Positions 15,891-16,774 of a stretch of 16,774 bases of DNA are shown here, piece after piece; the stretch's first letter is position 1; every line of letters starts with the position of its first letter. A program made the position numbers and the translations under genes. The DNA comes from Candidatus Hermodarchaeota archaeon (GTDB lineage: Archaea > Asgardarchaeota > Thorarchaeia > Thorarchaeales > Thorarchaeaceae), in the NCBI GenBank assembly GCA_048885865.1, contig JBHLLF010000051.1:1-16774 (forward strand), given 5' to 3'. The notes under the pieces were generated by a model that searched no databases, was not told where the DNA came from, and was given only the letters and a program-made list of their open reading frames with translations.

Positions 15891-16774
15891 ATGGAAGAAG
15901 AATTGGTCCCTGACACGTGTTTTGAAGGACATGAGTTCACGGTATGGTCTCTTGCTTTTACACCTGATGGCAGATACATAATCTCAGGTGGACAGGATGC
16001 AACAGTCAGGGTGTGGGACCTGCATTCAGGTAGTCAGCTCCACAAACTTAGTGGGCATCGTGGTGCCGTTTACGGACTGTCAGTTTTGGCAGATGGAACT
16101 AGGGTGGTTTCTGTTGCTGATGTGGACCTCGCAGTTCGAATTTGGGACATTGAAGCAGGAGAACCGATCAGCGCGCTAGCTCCGAATTCGGCACACGTCA
16201 ATGCAGTCACTTCTTCTCCGGATAATAGGTATGTTGTAACTGGCGGAGATGATGGCAAGGCAAGAATCTGGGATATAGACAGTGGAGTTCTGCTTAGAGT
16301 CCTTGACCATGCACGAAGCATATATTCAATGAAAATTTCACCGGACGGTCGGCATCTTGTCATCGGCTCAAAAACCACCGCAGGATCGGTTGAGAAGGGA
16401 CTCATCTGGGTATGGGACTTTGAGCTAGGAATGCTACTTCACACCCTTGAGAGCCACACAGGCCATGTCACATCCCTTGCAATGACTGCAGACTCAAGAT
16501 ACATACTCTCAGGAGGACAGGACGGCACAGTCCGTCTGTGGGATCTTGAAACTGGCACTCTCCTTTACACTATGGCTGGACACGAAGGGCCTGTAGTGAT
16601 GGTCACTGTCACGCCAGACGGCCAACACATCATCAGTGGTTCAACGGATAATACTCTCCGTCTTTGGCAATTGCATGGAGGCGTGTTCATCCATTCAGTG
16701 GAACACACTGAGAACGTTCATGCGGTTGCAGTAAGCGCCAATGGCAGGCATATTGCAACAGGCGACGTTGAGGG
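15891..16774 (+). CDS. WD40-repeat protein (3'-truncated by the window; absent from the ORF track)
   Basis: Translated by hand: MEEELVPDTCFEGHEFTVWSLAFTPDGRYIISGGQDATVRVWDL... The frame is open to the window end, with six complete GH...WD-type repeats and part of a seventh. Alternative start GTG at 15882. Confidence 0.95.
   Translation, partial: MEEELVPDTCFEGHEFTVWSLAFTPDGRYIISGGQDATVRVWDLHSGSQLHKLSGHRGAVYGLSVLADGTRVVSVADVDLAVRIWDIEAGEPISALAPNSAHVNAVTSSPDNRYVVTGGDDGKARIWDIDSGVLLRVLDHARSIYSMKISPDGRHLVIGSKTTAGSVEKGLIWVWDFELGMLLHTLESHTGHVTSLAMTADSRYILSGGQDGTVRLWDLETGTLLYTMAGHEGPVVMVTVTPDGQHIISGSTDNTLRLWQLHGGVFIHSVEHTENVHAVAVSANGRHIATGDVE

Noticed and set aside
268-16405. Numerous antisense or alternate-frame ORFs in the track (e.g. 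268-681, 3914-4279, 5318-5749, 10104-10499, 14777-15145, 15333-15761, 15988-16179, 16070-16405)
   Set aside because: They are shadows of well-supported genes and show no protein-family motifs.

Overview
Archaeal chromosomal window, most consistent with an Asgard (Thorarchaeia-like) genome. This is inferred from a longin-domain protein, a single-module ZPR1, a stand-alone tRNA-Ala, TATA-type promoters and GGAGG/GGTGA ribosome-binding sites. From left to right it holds: a heterodimeric ABC exporter pair (first gene 5'-truncated), an ~8-TM membrane protein, a longin + winged-helix protein with NPRL2-like architecture, ZPR1, and tRNA-Ala(UGC). Directly after the tRNA lies a ~5.3 kb island bounded by a near-perfect duplicate of the tRNA 3' end (5942-5962 vs 11235-11255, 20/21 nt). 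The island has no integrase. It carries a minus-strand operon (TetR, radical SAM/SPASM, cobalamin-binding radical SAM, class I SAM methyltransferase) with a 24-bp palindromic operator between the TATA box and start codon, plus a small 4-TM protein. The two radical SAM enzymes have the domain architecture of the archaeal tetraether-lipid modifiers Gms and Gmm, but this is unverified. The rest of the window encodes a 2-TM protein with a likely Zn site, an alpha/beta hydrolase, a possible zinc-finger micro-ORF, a K+-independent membrane pyrophosphatase (hppA), and a WD40 protein that is missing from the ORF track and runs off the window end. All calls come from reading motifs by eye; no database searches were run.
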